Assembly: GCA_965208575.1 (NCBI GenBank) | Contig: CBDBOV010000004.1 | Location: forward strand, 32,001-96,000 | DNA: 64,000 nt | From: Spirochaetia bacterium | GTDB taxonomy: Bacteria > Spirochaetota > Spirochaetia > SZUA-6 > Bin103 | Direction of reading: 5' to 3' | Shown: in pieces, positions 41,378 to 51,249 of the stretch | How the letters are laid out: every line of letters begins with the position of its first letter | Position numbering within the stretch: position 1 is the first letter of the stretch | Notes under the pieces: generated by a model | The model's database searches: none | The model's input: the letters and a program-made list of their open reading frames with translations, nothing else | Told to the model about the DNA's origin: nothing | Program-made: the position numbers and the translations under genes

Positions 41378-42403
41378 ATGAGGTCGGTGATTTGCGTTCA
41401 CGAGCGCTTCGAACGAATGTGGCCGTTTGCGGCCGACTACTGGCACCGGCGCTGGCAGGAGAACGGCGGCTGCGAACTGTACCGCAGCGAGGAGGCGGAC
41501 GCCCGGATGCCGGCTCTGGTGCCGGACCCGGGCTCGGTGCAGCGGCTGGCCGTGCTCGGGTTTCCCGGCGACGCGCAGGACCTGGAGCCGTTCGCCGCCC
41601 TGGAGGAGTGCTACTACCAGCGCACCCGGGCATCGTCGGCAGACGGGATCGAGGCGGCGGAGGCGCGCGGCGTGCGCTTCATTCCGCACCGCCATGACCT
41701 GTACTGGGGGCAGTCGGTCGCCGAGGTCGGGCTGGGCCTGACGATCTGCGCGCTGCGGCGCATTCCACAGCGCTACACGGCGATGATGCAGGATCACGAG
41801 ACGTGGCGCTTCGTTCCGGAGGTGGGCCGGCCCGGCCAGCCGGGCGGTCAGATGTGCGACGACACGCGGTTCAGCAACGGCACCATCGCCGGCAAGCGGG
41901 TACGGGTTGCCGGCCTCGGCAACATCGGCGGCCGCTACGCATCCTGGTGCGGGGCGATGGGCGCCGAGGTGGCGGCGTGGGATCCGTTCGCGGCACAGGC
42001 CGCGTTCACGCTGGCCAAGGCGGAGCGCCGCTACGAGCTGCACGACCTGGTCAGCGACGCGCAGATATTCGCGCCCATGCTGCCGCCCACCGAGCAGACC
42101 TACCACATCATCACCGCCGAGCTGATCGACGCCCTGCCGCGCGGCTGCCTGGTGGTGCAGGTGACGCGCGCCTTCATCTGCGACCTGGACGCCCTCTACC
42201 GGCGCGTGCTGAACGACGAGCTGTCCCTGGCCGCTGACGTGTTCTCCGCCGCGCCGGGACGCCGGCAAGGCGAGCCGGTGCCGCTCGATTCACCCCTGCT
42301 CGGGCGCCACAACGTGGTGCACACGCCGCACATCGCCGGCCGCACGGTCGACGCCAACCACGCCTGGGTCGACGACATCATCTCCCGCTTCAAGGTTCGG
42401 TGA
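41378..42403 (+). CDS. D-2-hydroxyacid dehydrogenase-family NAD(P)-dependent oxidoreductase
   Basis: GLGNIG, AADVF...EP and TPHIAG. Confidence 0.85.
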   Translation: MRSVICVHERFERMWPFAADYWHRRWQENGGCELYRSEEADARMPALVPDPGSVQRLAVLGFPGDAQDLEPFAALEECYYQRTRASSADGIEAAEARGVRFIPHRHDLYWGQSVAEVGLGLTICALRRIPQRYTAMMQDHETWRFVPEVGRPGQPGGQMCDDTRFSNGTIAGKRVRVAGLGNIGGRYASWCGAMGAEVAAWDPFAAQAAFTLAKAERRYELHDLVSDAQIFAPMLPPTEQTYHIITAELIDALPRGCLVVQVTRAFICDLDALYRRVLNDELSLAADVFSAAPGRRQGEPVPLDSPLLGRHNVVHTPHIAGRTVDANHAWVDDIISRFKVR

Positions 42404-43335
42404 TGCCCGTGGCGACCGTTCCCGAGGTGACGAAGCTGCCCCACGAGACGGTTTCCGCCGACCTCCGGATACGCACCGGCGTGCTCAGCGACGCCGACCT
42501 GGATCTGTTCGCCGAGCAGGGTTACGTGGTGGTTCCGGACGCCGTTCCGGCCGCGAATCTGCGCGCCGTGGTGGAGCTGATATGGCGCTTCATGGAAGCT
42601 GACGAAGCGGACCCGGAAAGCTGGTATCGGATTGCGCCGCGCGAGGCAACCGGGGAAGCCGCCCCGATCTCGCGCGCAGGCATGGTGGAGGTCTACCAGC
42701 AGCAGGAGCTGTGGGACAATCGCCAGCACCCGCGCGTATACCAGGCGTTCGTGGACATCTGGCAGACCGAGCTCCTCTGGGTCACCCTCGACCGCGCCAA
42801 CATGAAGCCGCCGGTGCGCGACGACCGTCCCGCGTGGCAGCACGGCGGATTCATCCACTGGGACCTGGACACATTGCAGGACCCGATCCCGTGCGGTGTG
42901 CAAGGCGTCCTCTACCTCACCGACACCACCGCGGACCAGGGCGGCTTCCAGTGCGTGCCCGGCTTCCCCCGGCGCTTCTCCGAATGGGCCAGCACCCAGC
43001 CCCCCGACCGCGACGCGCGCTTCCCCGACCTGACCGGGCTGGAAGTGCAGTCGATTCCGGGACGGGCGGGGGACCTGTTGATCTGGAACTCGCTGCTGCC
43101 GCACGGCAACGGCGAGAACATCTCCGACCGCCCGCGCCTGGCGCAGTACATCTCCATGTTCCCGGCCGCGCGCGGCAGCGAGGAGGAGCGCCTCGGGCGC
43201 ATCGCCGCGTGGCGCGAGCAGCGCTCGGCGAGCGGCTGGCCGGGCGACCCGCGCAACTGGGAGCAGCGCCACGGCAAGCCCGCGAAGCTGGACCGCCTGG
43301 GCCGCCGGCTGCTGGGCCTGGATACCTGGAACTGA
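42403..43335 (+). CDS. PhyH-family dioxygenase
   Basis: IHWD, GGFQCVPG and LPHGN. Confidence 0.88.
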   Translation: MPVATVPEVTKLPHETVSADLRIRTGVLSDADLDLFAEQGYVVVPDAVPAANLRAVVELIWRFMEADEADPESWYRIAPREATGEAAPISRAGMVEVYQQQELWDNRQHPRVYQAFVDIWQTELLWVTLDRANMKPPVRDDRPAWQHGGFIHWDLDTLQDPIPCGVQGVLYLTDTTADQGGFQCVPGFPRRFSEWASTQPPDRDARFPDLTGLEVQSIPGRAGDLLIWNSLLPHGNGENISDRPRLAQYISMFPAARGSEEERLGRIAAWREQRSASGWPGDPRNWEQRHGKPAKLDRLGRRLLGLDTWN

Positions 43336-43356
43336 GCGGCGCTCCTTCCGGTTCCG

Positions 43357-44547
43357 CTACAGCAGGGACCGGAAACCGCGCTCGCGGCCGAACAGGATGC
43401 GGTTGGAGTCGTGGAAGTTGCGTGCCCCGCGCGAGGCGGTGCGGACCACGTAGATCAGGTCGTCGCCGTCGAACTGCCAATCCACGTACTGGTAGCCGGT
43501 GAGCCGCAGCGAGTCCTCCGGCAACAGCCCGCTGTCGTCTTCCATCAACCTCTTCACCACCCGCCACCGGCACAGGTTGTCCGACGCGCACAGCGCCATC
43601 ACGTTGCGCTGGCGCTGATGCAAGTGTACGCCGCTTTGCTGGGACGCCCGCCACCGCGACACCAGCCACTCCTGGTCCGGCACCACGTTGGACAGGGTCA
43701 GGTAGACACCCGTCACCGGATCGCGGCGCAGGGCGAACTTGGCCTTGCCGCCGGGATAGGAGATGAAGCCGCCGGCATGCCCCGCATCGGTCGACGGGTC
43801 GAAGCTCAGGCGCCGGCCGTCGTCTTCGATCCTGATCATCGCGGCGACGTCCTGCGCCAGCGGCTGCGCTTCGAAGGTCAACACGTCCCACAACTGACCG
43901 TCCGGCGCCGCTACCACGTTGCCTTCGCGCCAGCCGGGAAGGCTGACCTCGCCCCACGCACCGAGCGCCCACTCGGGCTGAAACGGCAGCTTGTTGCTCA
44001 TCCGCCAACTGGCGGCCTGCAGCAGGTCGGCGTCCACCGGCGCCGAGATCACGCACGCCTGGAAGCCGATTCCCCAGTGCATCGGGTTGCAGTCCTCGAA
44101 CGCGCGGTACAGGCGCCCCTCGTGCGCCAGCACCGCCACCGGCGCGCAGTGGTAGTTGGGCGGCGTGCGGTGCGGCCCGCCGGCAAACAGGAGCCCGCTG
44201 CCGGCGTCCTGCGGGTGCGTCCAGGTGAACCCGCCGTCGTCGCTACGCCGGATCACGATCGACCCGTACTGCTGCGACGTCCCGAACAGGTAGACCGCCC
44301 CGTCGTGCACGAACAGGCTGCTCCAGAAGGCGTTCATGACGTGGGTCACGTTGCACCAGTTCGCGCCGTCGTCCTGCGACCGGTACACGCTGGTCAGGCC
44401 CTGTTCGCCCTCGTGGTTGCGCGGGCAGCCGGTGCCGAAGTAGTCGTGGGTGGCGAGCAGCGCACCATCGGGCAGCCGCACGACACTGGGGCTGCCGAGG
44501 TAGGTGAGAGTCCGCTCCGGCTGAAACTTGATCTCGACGTGGGGCAT
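43357..44547 (-). CDS. Sialidase/BNR-repeat beta-propeller protein
   Basis: Asp-boxes RSQDDGANW and RSDDGGFTW, plus YQYVDW. Confidence 0.78.
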   Translation of the reverse strand: MPHVEIKFQPERTLTYLGSPSVVRLPDGALLATHDYFGTGCPRNHEGEQGLTSVYRSQDDGANWCNVTHVMNAFWSSLFVHDGAVYLFGTSQQYGSIVIRRSDDGGFTWTHPQDAGSGLLFAGGPHRTPPNYHCAPVAVLAHEGRLYRAFEDCNPMHWGIGFQACVISAPVDADLLQAASWRMSNKLPFQPEWALGAWGEVSLPGWREGNVVAAPDGQLWDVLTFEAQPLAQDVAAMIRIEDDGRRLSFDPSTDAGHAGGFISYPGGKAKFALRRDPVTGVYLTLSNVVPDQEWLVSRWRASQQSGVHLHQRQRNVMALCASDNLCRWRVVKRLMEDDSGLLPEDSLRLTGYQYVDWQFDGDDLIYVVRTASRGARNFHDSNRILFGRERGFRSLL

Positions 44548-44618
44548 GGCGCGCCATGATCGCACGTCGCCCGGCATCAACGCCATTCCCGCGCGGGTCG
44601 GCTGCACCGGAACAACTG

Positions 44619-44719
44619 CTGCTCGACCCGCGGCTGTGCGGCGGCGGCCGTCTCGGCGTCGATCGCGCTGCGCACGTGTAGCGCAGCCCGCTGATCGGTG
44701 GTCGTGAGACGGGCAGCCG
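44619..44719 (+). pseudogene. 3' remnant of a dppC-like permease plus downstream sequence
   Basis: LLDPRLCGGGRLGVDRAAHV* and flank match 51027-51130. Confidence 0.8.
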
Positions 44720-44742
44720 AATGGCCGAACGAGGGTGCGCAG

Positions 44743-46500
44743 TTAGCGCCGCACCGCGTCGCAGTACACCAGCTCCCAGCCGTGGAACACCACGATCAGG
44801 CCGATGAAGCGCACCCCCGGGAACTGCCGCGCCAGCCGTTCGTCCGCCAGGTACCGCAGGAGCTGCGCCTGCGCTTCCTCGACCACCGTCGTGACCGCGG
44901 CCTGATCCGCCAACTCGGAACGCGCACGATACTTCAGCTCGATCAGGTAGCCGCGTTGCAGTTGCGGGTAGCGGGCCACCAGCGGCTCCAGCGCAATGTC
45001 CGCGTGTCCCTTTCCCAGTTCCGCCTCCGAGCGGAACACGTAGTAGTCGGCCACGCTCAGGTAGGCCGCCAGAAAGCCCTGTATTACCTTCTCGCCGGCG
45101 ATGTAGTCGCGGATTCCCGTCTGCCGCGCGATCGCCTCGCTCAGGAACTCCAACACGGGCCGCCATTCGCCCTCGGTCGCCATTCGAAGCATCAACTGCT
45201 CGAACCGGAACAGGTCGACCGAAAACACCTCCACGTCGCGGTAGGCGTCGCGCAGGTAGCCATACATCAGCCGCTTCACGGTCTGATTCGGGATCGCCAG
45301 CCGCGGCATCACCCCCTGCACGACACGGATGCTCAGCAGCCCGAAGTAGTGCATCAGGGACAGGAAGTTCTCCCGCTTGGTGAGGTCCTTGAGCGGAAAG
45401 CCGGGCTGGATTCGGGTGTCCACCTGCTCCTCGCCGATCACGTCGCGCAGCAGGTCGAAGTTGCCGTTGAGTTGCCGCCCGGTCACCAGCAGGTGGCGCA
45501 GCTTGCCGTAGTCGATGCGCACGTTGGTGTCGATCAGGTACTCCGGCACGTCACGGTTGGGCATCGAGTGCTTCAGGTAATAGAGCACCATGTCGGAGTT
45601 GTACAGATCTGTGTCGGCGGTTGTGGCGAAGCGGTAGCCATTGTACCACTCGCCCATGATGCCCATGGCGGTCGCGGGGTCCTGGTTGAACACGCCCAGG
45701 TTCCGGTAGGTCTCCACCAGGCGCCGCACCTCCGCCTCGGTGAAGCCGACCATCTCGTTGAAGTCGGGCTCCAGGCTGATGTTGGTGCCGATGTTGAAGC
45801 CGCTGGTGACGTCGTCCATGGTGATCGGCGACACGCCGGTGATGAACAGCCGCTCCAGGCCGCCGCCGCTGCGGTCGGCGCCGGACTTCAGGGTGGCGAA
45901 GAAGTTGCGGTAGAAGCCGCCGCCGTGGGTGAACGAGTGGTACGCCTCCGCGCCGTGGTACGCGAGCACGGTGTTGGCGAAGTTGTCGTACTCGTCGATC
46001 AGCACGTACACCGAGATGTCATGGTCGCCCGCGTACCGGAACAACATGCTGAGCTTGGTGGCGATGGAGGGCGGCTCCAGGATGCGCTGCAGCGCTGCGT
46101 CGGGAAACAGGTCGGGATGGCGCTCCAGCGTTCCCCGGAGTTCAATCAGGCAGTAGGCTTCGAACTCGCGCTCCAGGGTTTCCAGCTTGTCGTTGACCGC
46201 CGAGAAGTTGAAGCGCAGGGTGACGTAGCGGCTCTGTTCGCCGGTCGGCTCCCGGCCGATGTCGGTGCCGGCGAAGGTGGCCTCGAAGTCGCCCGCCCAG
46301 AAGCGGTCGTAGTAGTTCTCCAGCAAGGACACCCACATCGACTTGCCGAACCGGCGCGGGCGGATCAGAAGGGCGTAGCGCTCCTCCTCCAGGCGGCGCA
46401 GGAAGCGCGTCTTGTCGACGTACAGCCACCGGTTCAAGCGGATGCGCCTGAAGTCGGCCTCGCCGTAGGGAATGCGCGGGTGCGTGGATGGCGTGCTCAC
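44743..46500 (-). CDS. AAA-ATPase-like + PD-(D/E)XK nuclease protein, copy 1
   Basis: YVDKT, RPRRFGKS, LIDEYD, and GHADI...IELK. Confidence 0.9.
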   Translation of the reverse strand: MSTPSTHPRIPYGEADFRRIRLNRWLYVDKTRFLRRLEEERYALLIRPRRFGKSMWVSLLENYYDRFWAGDFEATFAGTDIGREPTGEQSRYVTLRFNFSAVNDKLETLEREFEAYCLIELRGTLERHPDLFPDAALQRILEPPSIATKLSMLFRYAGDHDISVYVLIDEYDNFANTVLAYHGAEAYHSFTHGGGFYRNFFATLKSGADRSGGGLERLFITGVSPITMDDVTSGFNIGTNISLEPDFNEMVGFTEAEVRRLVETYRNLGVFNQDPATAMGIMGEWYNGYRFATTADTDLYNSDMVLYYLKHSMPNRDVPEYLIDTNVRIDYGKLRHLLVTGRQLNGNFDLLRDVIGEEQVDTRIQPGFPLKDLTKRENFLSLMHYFGLLSIRVVQGVMPRLAIPNQTVKRLMYGYLRDAYRDVEVFSVDLFRFEQLMLRMATEGEWRPVLEFLSEAIARQTGIRDYIAGEKVIQGFLAAYLSVADYYVFRSEAELGKGHADIALEPLVARYPQLQRGYLIELKYRARSELADQAAVTTVVEEAQAQLLRYLADERLARQFPGVRFIGLIVVFHGWELVYCDAVRR

Positions 46501-47339
46501 TACTATAGCCTGAGGCAGGCTCCGGCACTGACTCTATCGTCTCCAAGGCGCGACGCGCAATGCAGCCGCCAGGGGCGGCACGGTCACCCCGTGACACGGA
46601 AGGCGATGGTCGGATGGTCGCGTCCCTCGAGTCCGCGTGCGATTGACACCTCGGGGCGGGCGTGAAACGATGAGCAAGGTAGGGACTGAACGGATGTGGA
46701 TCTTGCGCCATCACGACTCTCTGGCCAGTAACCGGAGGGCAGTGACGCAGCCGGTGCCCTCCCCGCAACTACTTGAATCGCAAGCAATAATCACTTCGGC
46801 TGAGCGCTCCGCGGCCTTCGTTTTCAGCTTCTGCGTAGCGGCCCGCTACCTGTGGCACCGCCTCGGTCCACGTTCGTTCAGCGGCCGCGGCAACGGTCCG
46901 GGAGCCCCGGCCGCTGAACCGCGGCGTCTTTTCCCGTCGCGCTGCTCGAATTCCTCAAATGCGCGCTCCAACGCACTGGACGCGCCCTCCCGGCGCAGTG
47001 TCGGAGCCGCGTCCTGGTGGCGTCGATTCTCCGCGGCCCGGGTACTCCCGGCCCGCGTGGCCGAACATATCCCCATCTACGCTTCACCGCTTCTACGCAG
47101 GCCGCATGACTCCGGCACCTCATGGGGCGCGAGCAAACACCCTGCCGGTTTTCCCGGCGCACGCGAGGTGCGAGCGATACTCCAAGAACCACACCCGCGC
47201 GCGGCGTGAACCCGGTGAGTCACACGGCGCGCGCGTCACCATCTGACTCCGCTGGCCGTCCGCGTTGCGGACGCAAGAGTAGCCAGGGAGCGGCACGTCG
47301 CTCCGCAATACTTCAAGAAATCAACACATGGAGTTGCGT

Positions 47340-49124
47340 ATGACGTTTGTAAAGATTGGTACGACCTTCGCGGTTGCGTTGGTGCTGGTCCTGACCGCCA
47401 CCGGCCTCTGGGCGGCTGCCGCCGAGGAGGAGCCGGCCGCGGCGATGGAGAAGGAAATGGTGCTGGACCCCACCACCGGCAGGATGGTGACCGCGCCGGA
47501 GTATGGCGGGACCATAACCTACGTCAAGAAAGAATCGCCCTCGCATACTGACAAACATCTAAGTGGGGGTGTGGTAGCCGTCGGCCTGGTCGTAGAGAAG
47601 TTAGGTATCGGCGACTGGGCGACGCCCAGGGACCAATATGACTTCCCGACTATGGCCGCTCCAAATTACACGCGGGGGGCTCTGGCGGAAAGCTGGGAAA
47701 TGCCCGACGACAAAACCGTTATCGTCAAAGTCCGTCAGGGCGTTCATTGGCACGATAAGGAACCAATGAACGGTCGGGAGCTGACTGCCAACGATATCGT
47801 ATACAACTTTCACCGTACTCTGGGTCTGGGCAGCGGATTCACCGAACCCAGCGCTGCTTATAGTCTGTTGACCAAGGTGTCATTCGAATCCATAACGGCT
47901 ACCGACGAAGGGACCGTTGTTTTCAAGCTGAAGGAGCCAAATCTCCTGACGCTGATGGTTATTCTCGACGACTCCCTGGCAGTCATGTACCCCCCCGAGG
48001 TGATCAAGGAACACGGGGATGTAACGGATTGGAGGAACCTGGTTGGCACCGGTCCCTTTGAGCTTACTGACTGGACCGAGGGCAGCTCTATCACCTATAG
48101 TAAGAATCCAGACTACTGGGGTTACGACGAAAAATACCCGGAGAACCGCTTGCCGTATGTTGACACGTTAAGGGCTCTGATTATGCCTGAAGTGGCAACA
48201 CAACTGGCGGCAATGCGCACGGGCAAGGTTGATTACGTCGGGGTGGCCGGGGTAGCTCAGCTCAGGACTGTCGAGCAGGTAGAGAGCATCCAGCGGACCA
48301 ACCCCGAAGTCGAATTATGGCCGGTACGGTTTCGGTCGGATAATGGTTTTGCCATGAACACTCAGATAGAACCCTTTGACGACATCAGGGTGCGCAAGGC
48401 AATGAACATGGCACTGGACTTCGAGACAATCAACAATTCGTACTTCAAGGGTTTTGGAGATCCGATACCGCAAGGGCGGCTGGGCCGTTTCATGAAAGAC
48501 GGGTCCATCCCATTCGAAGAGTGGCCCGAAGAGCTCCGGAAGGGCCGCACGTATAACCCGGAAGGGGCCGAAGCGTTGCTTGATGCGGCCGGGTATCCTC
48601 GCGGAGCGGACGGCACCAGATTCAAGACCGTGTTGATGCACCTCGAGCGTTTCGATCTGAACTATGCAGAATTAGCCGCTTCGTACTGGAAGAACATTGG
48701 CGTTGACGTGGAGGTTGAAGTAACGCCAGCAGCTGCATGGGGTCCCAGAAGAACAGCTCAGGAATACGAAATGACCAGTAACGATACGGCGTATGCTGTT
48801 TCCATGCAGTGGGCGGTGTCAATCATGCGTGGGTTTACCACGGATGGTGTAAATAGCAACGTCAGCGACCCGACTTATGACGCCATGCATGCCGCAGCCG
48901 CAGCCGCGACCACCATCGAGGAGCGGGACATGCTGGTGCCAGACTTGGTCATGTACGCATTGGAGCAATACTGGACGATATATGGTCCGTTGCTTCCACA
49001 GTTTTCGGTGAACCAGCCGTGGCTCATAGGCTACAACGGTGAAATGATATTAAGCGGGGGGGAGGAAGTGATCTTCTCCCGCCTCTGGATTGATAGTGCG
49101 CTGAAGAAAGAAATGGGATTCTGA
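47340..49124 (+). CDS. Peptide ABC substrate-binding protein
   Basis: Signal peptide, PEYGGT, LAESWE, GTGPF and VRKAMNMALD. Confidence 0.92.
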   Translation: MTFVKIGTTFAVALVLVLTATGLWAAAAEEEPAAAMEKEMVLDPTTGRMVTAPEYGGTITYVKKESPSHTDKHLSGGVVAVGLVVEKLGIGDWATPRDQYDFPTMAAPNYTRGALAESWEMPDDKTVIVKVRQGVHWHDKEPMNGRELTANDIVYNFHRTLGLGSGFTEPSAAYSLLTKVSFESITATDEGTVVFKLKEPNLLTLMVILDDSLAVMYPPEVIKEHGDVTDWRNLVGTGPFELTDWTEGSSITYSKNPDYWGYDEKYPENRLPYVDTLRALIMPEVATQLAAMRTGKVDYVGVAGVAQLRTVEQVESIQRTNPEVELWPVRFRSDNGFAMNTQIEPFDDIRVRKAMNMALDFETINNSYFKGFGDPIPQGRLGRFMKDGSIPFEEWPEELRKGRTYNPEGAEALLDAAGYPRGADGTRFKTVLMHLERFDLNYAELAASYWKNIGVDVEVEVTPAAAWGPRRTAQEYEMTSNDTAYAVSMQWAVSIMRGFTTDGVNSNVSDPTYDAMHAAAAAATTIEERDMLVPDLVMYALEQYWTIYGPLLPQFSVNQPWLIGYNGEMILSGGEEVIFSRLWIDSALKKEMGF

Positions 49125-49171
49125 GCCGACGGCTTCGCCGTTGGCGTTTTCGCGCTGCTTCTGCCTGCAGC

Positions 49172-49210
49172 GAAGGGCGCCGGGAGCCCTTGAGCTTCCC
49201 GGCGCCCTTC
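49172..49210 (+). terminator. Stem-loop after the SBP gene
   Basis: 14-bp stem GAAGGGCGCCGGGA / TCCCGGCGCCCTTC. Confidence 0.65.
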
Positions 49211-49222
49211 TACCACGAAGAT

Positions 49223-50224
49223 ATGAGAGCCTACATCATCCGGCGCCTGCTGCTGGTCGTCCCGACCATGTTTATCTTGAGTATCCTGGTCTTTCTCTCG
49301 GTGCGCTTCATCCCAGGCGATGTCATAGACGTATTGGAGGCTCGGGTGCAGATCTACGTAGCGGGGGGGATTGACCGTGCAGCTCTCGAGCGTCGGCTGG
49401 GGTTGGATGTGTCTGTCTGGGTGCAGTATGGGCGCTGGATGGGAGCGTTGCCGACCCCTGACCGGGTTACCGGTGAGTCCCATTTCAGGGGTCTCCTCCA
49501 GGGCACCCTTGGCGAATCACTGTATGGCGGTTTGGCGGTAGAGGACAGGATACTGGGTAGACTGCCGGTCACCATCGAGCTTGGTTTGATGGCAATCCTC
49601 ATCGGGCTGGTGATCGCGCTGCCGGTCGGCATCTACTCGGCGATCCGCCAGGATTCGGTCGCCGACTTCCTGGGACGCTCGGTCGCCATCATCGGCCTGG
49701 CCACGCCCAACTTCTGGCTCGGCGTCATGGTCATGATCTACCCGGCCATCTGGTGGGGCTGGGCGCCACCGCTGGAACTGGTTGCCTTCACCGAAGACCC
49801 GGTGGGGAATCTGGCGGTGTTTTTCATCCCCAGCCTGATCCTGGGAACGGCCTCGGCCGCCGCCACTATGCGGATGACGCGCACCATGATGCTGGAGGTG
49901 CTGCGGCAGGATTTTGTCAGGACCGCCTGGGCAAAAGGTCTCAGGGAGCGGGCGGTGGTGATCCGGCACGCCGTCAAGAATGCCCTCATCCCGGTGGTGA
50001 CCCTGATCGGCCTGCAGTTGCCGATCCTGGTGGGGGGCGCCGTGATCATGGAGAACATCTTCAACCTGCCGGGGCTCGGGCGACTGCTGCTGAATGCCCT
50101 CAATGACCGAGACTACCCGATGGTCTCCGGCATCAACCTGTTGTTCGCCACCGGGGTGGTGGTGATCAATCTGCTCATCGACCTGGTCTACGGGCTCTTG
50201 GACCCGAGGGTCCGTTATGAGTGA
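49223..50224 (+). CDS. ABC peptide permease DppB-like
   Basis: MRAYIIRR, TAWAKGL, ENIFNLPGLG and DPRVR. Confidence 0.92.
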   Translation: MRAYIIRRLLLVVPTMFILSILVFLSVRFIPGDVIDVLEARVQIYVAGGIDRAALERRLGLDVSVWVQYGRWMGALPTPDRVTGESHFRGLLQGTLGESLYGGLAVEDRILGRLPVTIELGLMAILIGLVIALPVGIYSAIRQDSVADFLGRSVAIIGLATPNFWLGVMVMIYPAIWWGWAPPLELVAFTEDPVGNLAVFFIPSLILGTASAAATMRMTRTMMLEVLRQDFVRTAWAKGLRERAVVIRHAVKNALIPVVTLIGLQLPILVGGAVIMENIFNLPGLGRLLLNALNDRDYPMVSGINLLFATGVVVINLLIDLVYGLLDPRVRYE

Positions 50225-51092
50225 CTTCTTTGTCAGGCTGGTCAAGGAGAAGCCGCTGAGCATCATCGCCGGGGTCGTCATCCTGCTGTTGATCCTGGTG
50301 GCGATCTTTGCCGACGTGCTGGCGCCTTACCCGCACGACGAAGTCAACATCGTGGACCGGATGCAGGCGCCCTCCAACCGGTACCTGTTGGGGACCGACC
50401 AGTTGGGGCGCGACCTGCTGAGCCGCCTCGTGTTCGGGGCCCGGATATCGCTGACCGTCGGTCTGGCGGCGACCACCGTCAACGTTGTGGTGGCGGTGCT
50501 GATCGGCGGCATCTCGGGATTCTTCGGCGGTCGACTGGACCTGGCGATGCAGCGCTTCGTCGACGCCTGGATGGCGTTCCCGGGGCTGCTGCTGTTGCTC
50601 ACCATCATGTCGCTGGTGGGACGGGGGTTGCCGCAGATCATCGTGGTGCTGGGGGTGACGGGCGGCATCGGCGGTTCGCGAGTGGTCCGCGGCGCGGTGA
50701 TCGGGGTAAAGGAGAATGCCTACTTTCAGGCGGCCGAGGCGATCGGCGGCACCCGGTGGAGAACCCTGATCCACCACGTCCTGCCCAACATCGCGGCTCC
50801 GGTGATCATCATTTTCACCATCAACGTGGGTGGCGTGATCATCAGCGAGGCTGCGCTGAGCTTTCTTGGATTTGGACTGCCGATCTCGGTGCCGAGCTGG
50901 GGTGGGATGCTGAGCCGGGAAGGGCGCGAGTTCATGGAGGTGGCGCCGCGGCTGGCGCTGTGGCCGGGGCTGTGCCTGACCGTTGTCGTGTACTGCCTGA
51001 ACATGTTCGGCGACGCCGTGCGCGACCTGCTCGACCCGCGGCTCCGGGGCGGCGGCGGCCGTCTCGGCGCCGATCGCGCTGCATCGGTGTAG
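50217..51092 (+). CDS. ABC peptide permease DppC-like, copy 1
   Basis: LGTDQLGRD, HVLPN and GDAVRDLLDPR. Confidence 0.92.
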   Translation: MSDFFVRLVKEKPLSIIAGVVILLLILVAIFADVLAPYPHDEVNIVDRMQAPSNRYLLGTDQLGRDLLSRLVFGARISLTVGLAATTVNVVVAVLIGGISGFFGGRLDLAMQRFVDAWMAFPGLLLLLTIMSLVGRGLPQIIVVLGVTGGIGGSRVVRGAVIGVKENAYFQAAEAIGGTRWRTLIHHVLPNIAAPVIIIFTINVGGVIISEAALSFLGFGLPISVPSWGGMLSREGREFMEVAPRLALWPGLCLTVVVYCLNMFGDAVRDLLDPRLRGGGGRLGADRAASV

Positions 51093-51249
51093 AGTAGCCC
51101 GCCGATCGGTGGCCGTGAGGCGGGCAGCCGCGCGCTGTGTGTACGAGACGGTAGAGTGTAGCGCTGCTCACTCCTGGCAGTGATCGACGGTACCGTAACG
51201 CGTCCTGGTGTAGTTCCGTTCGGACTCGCCGCGCCACGGCGTCGGCGTG

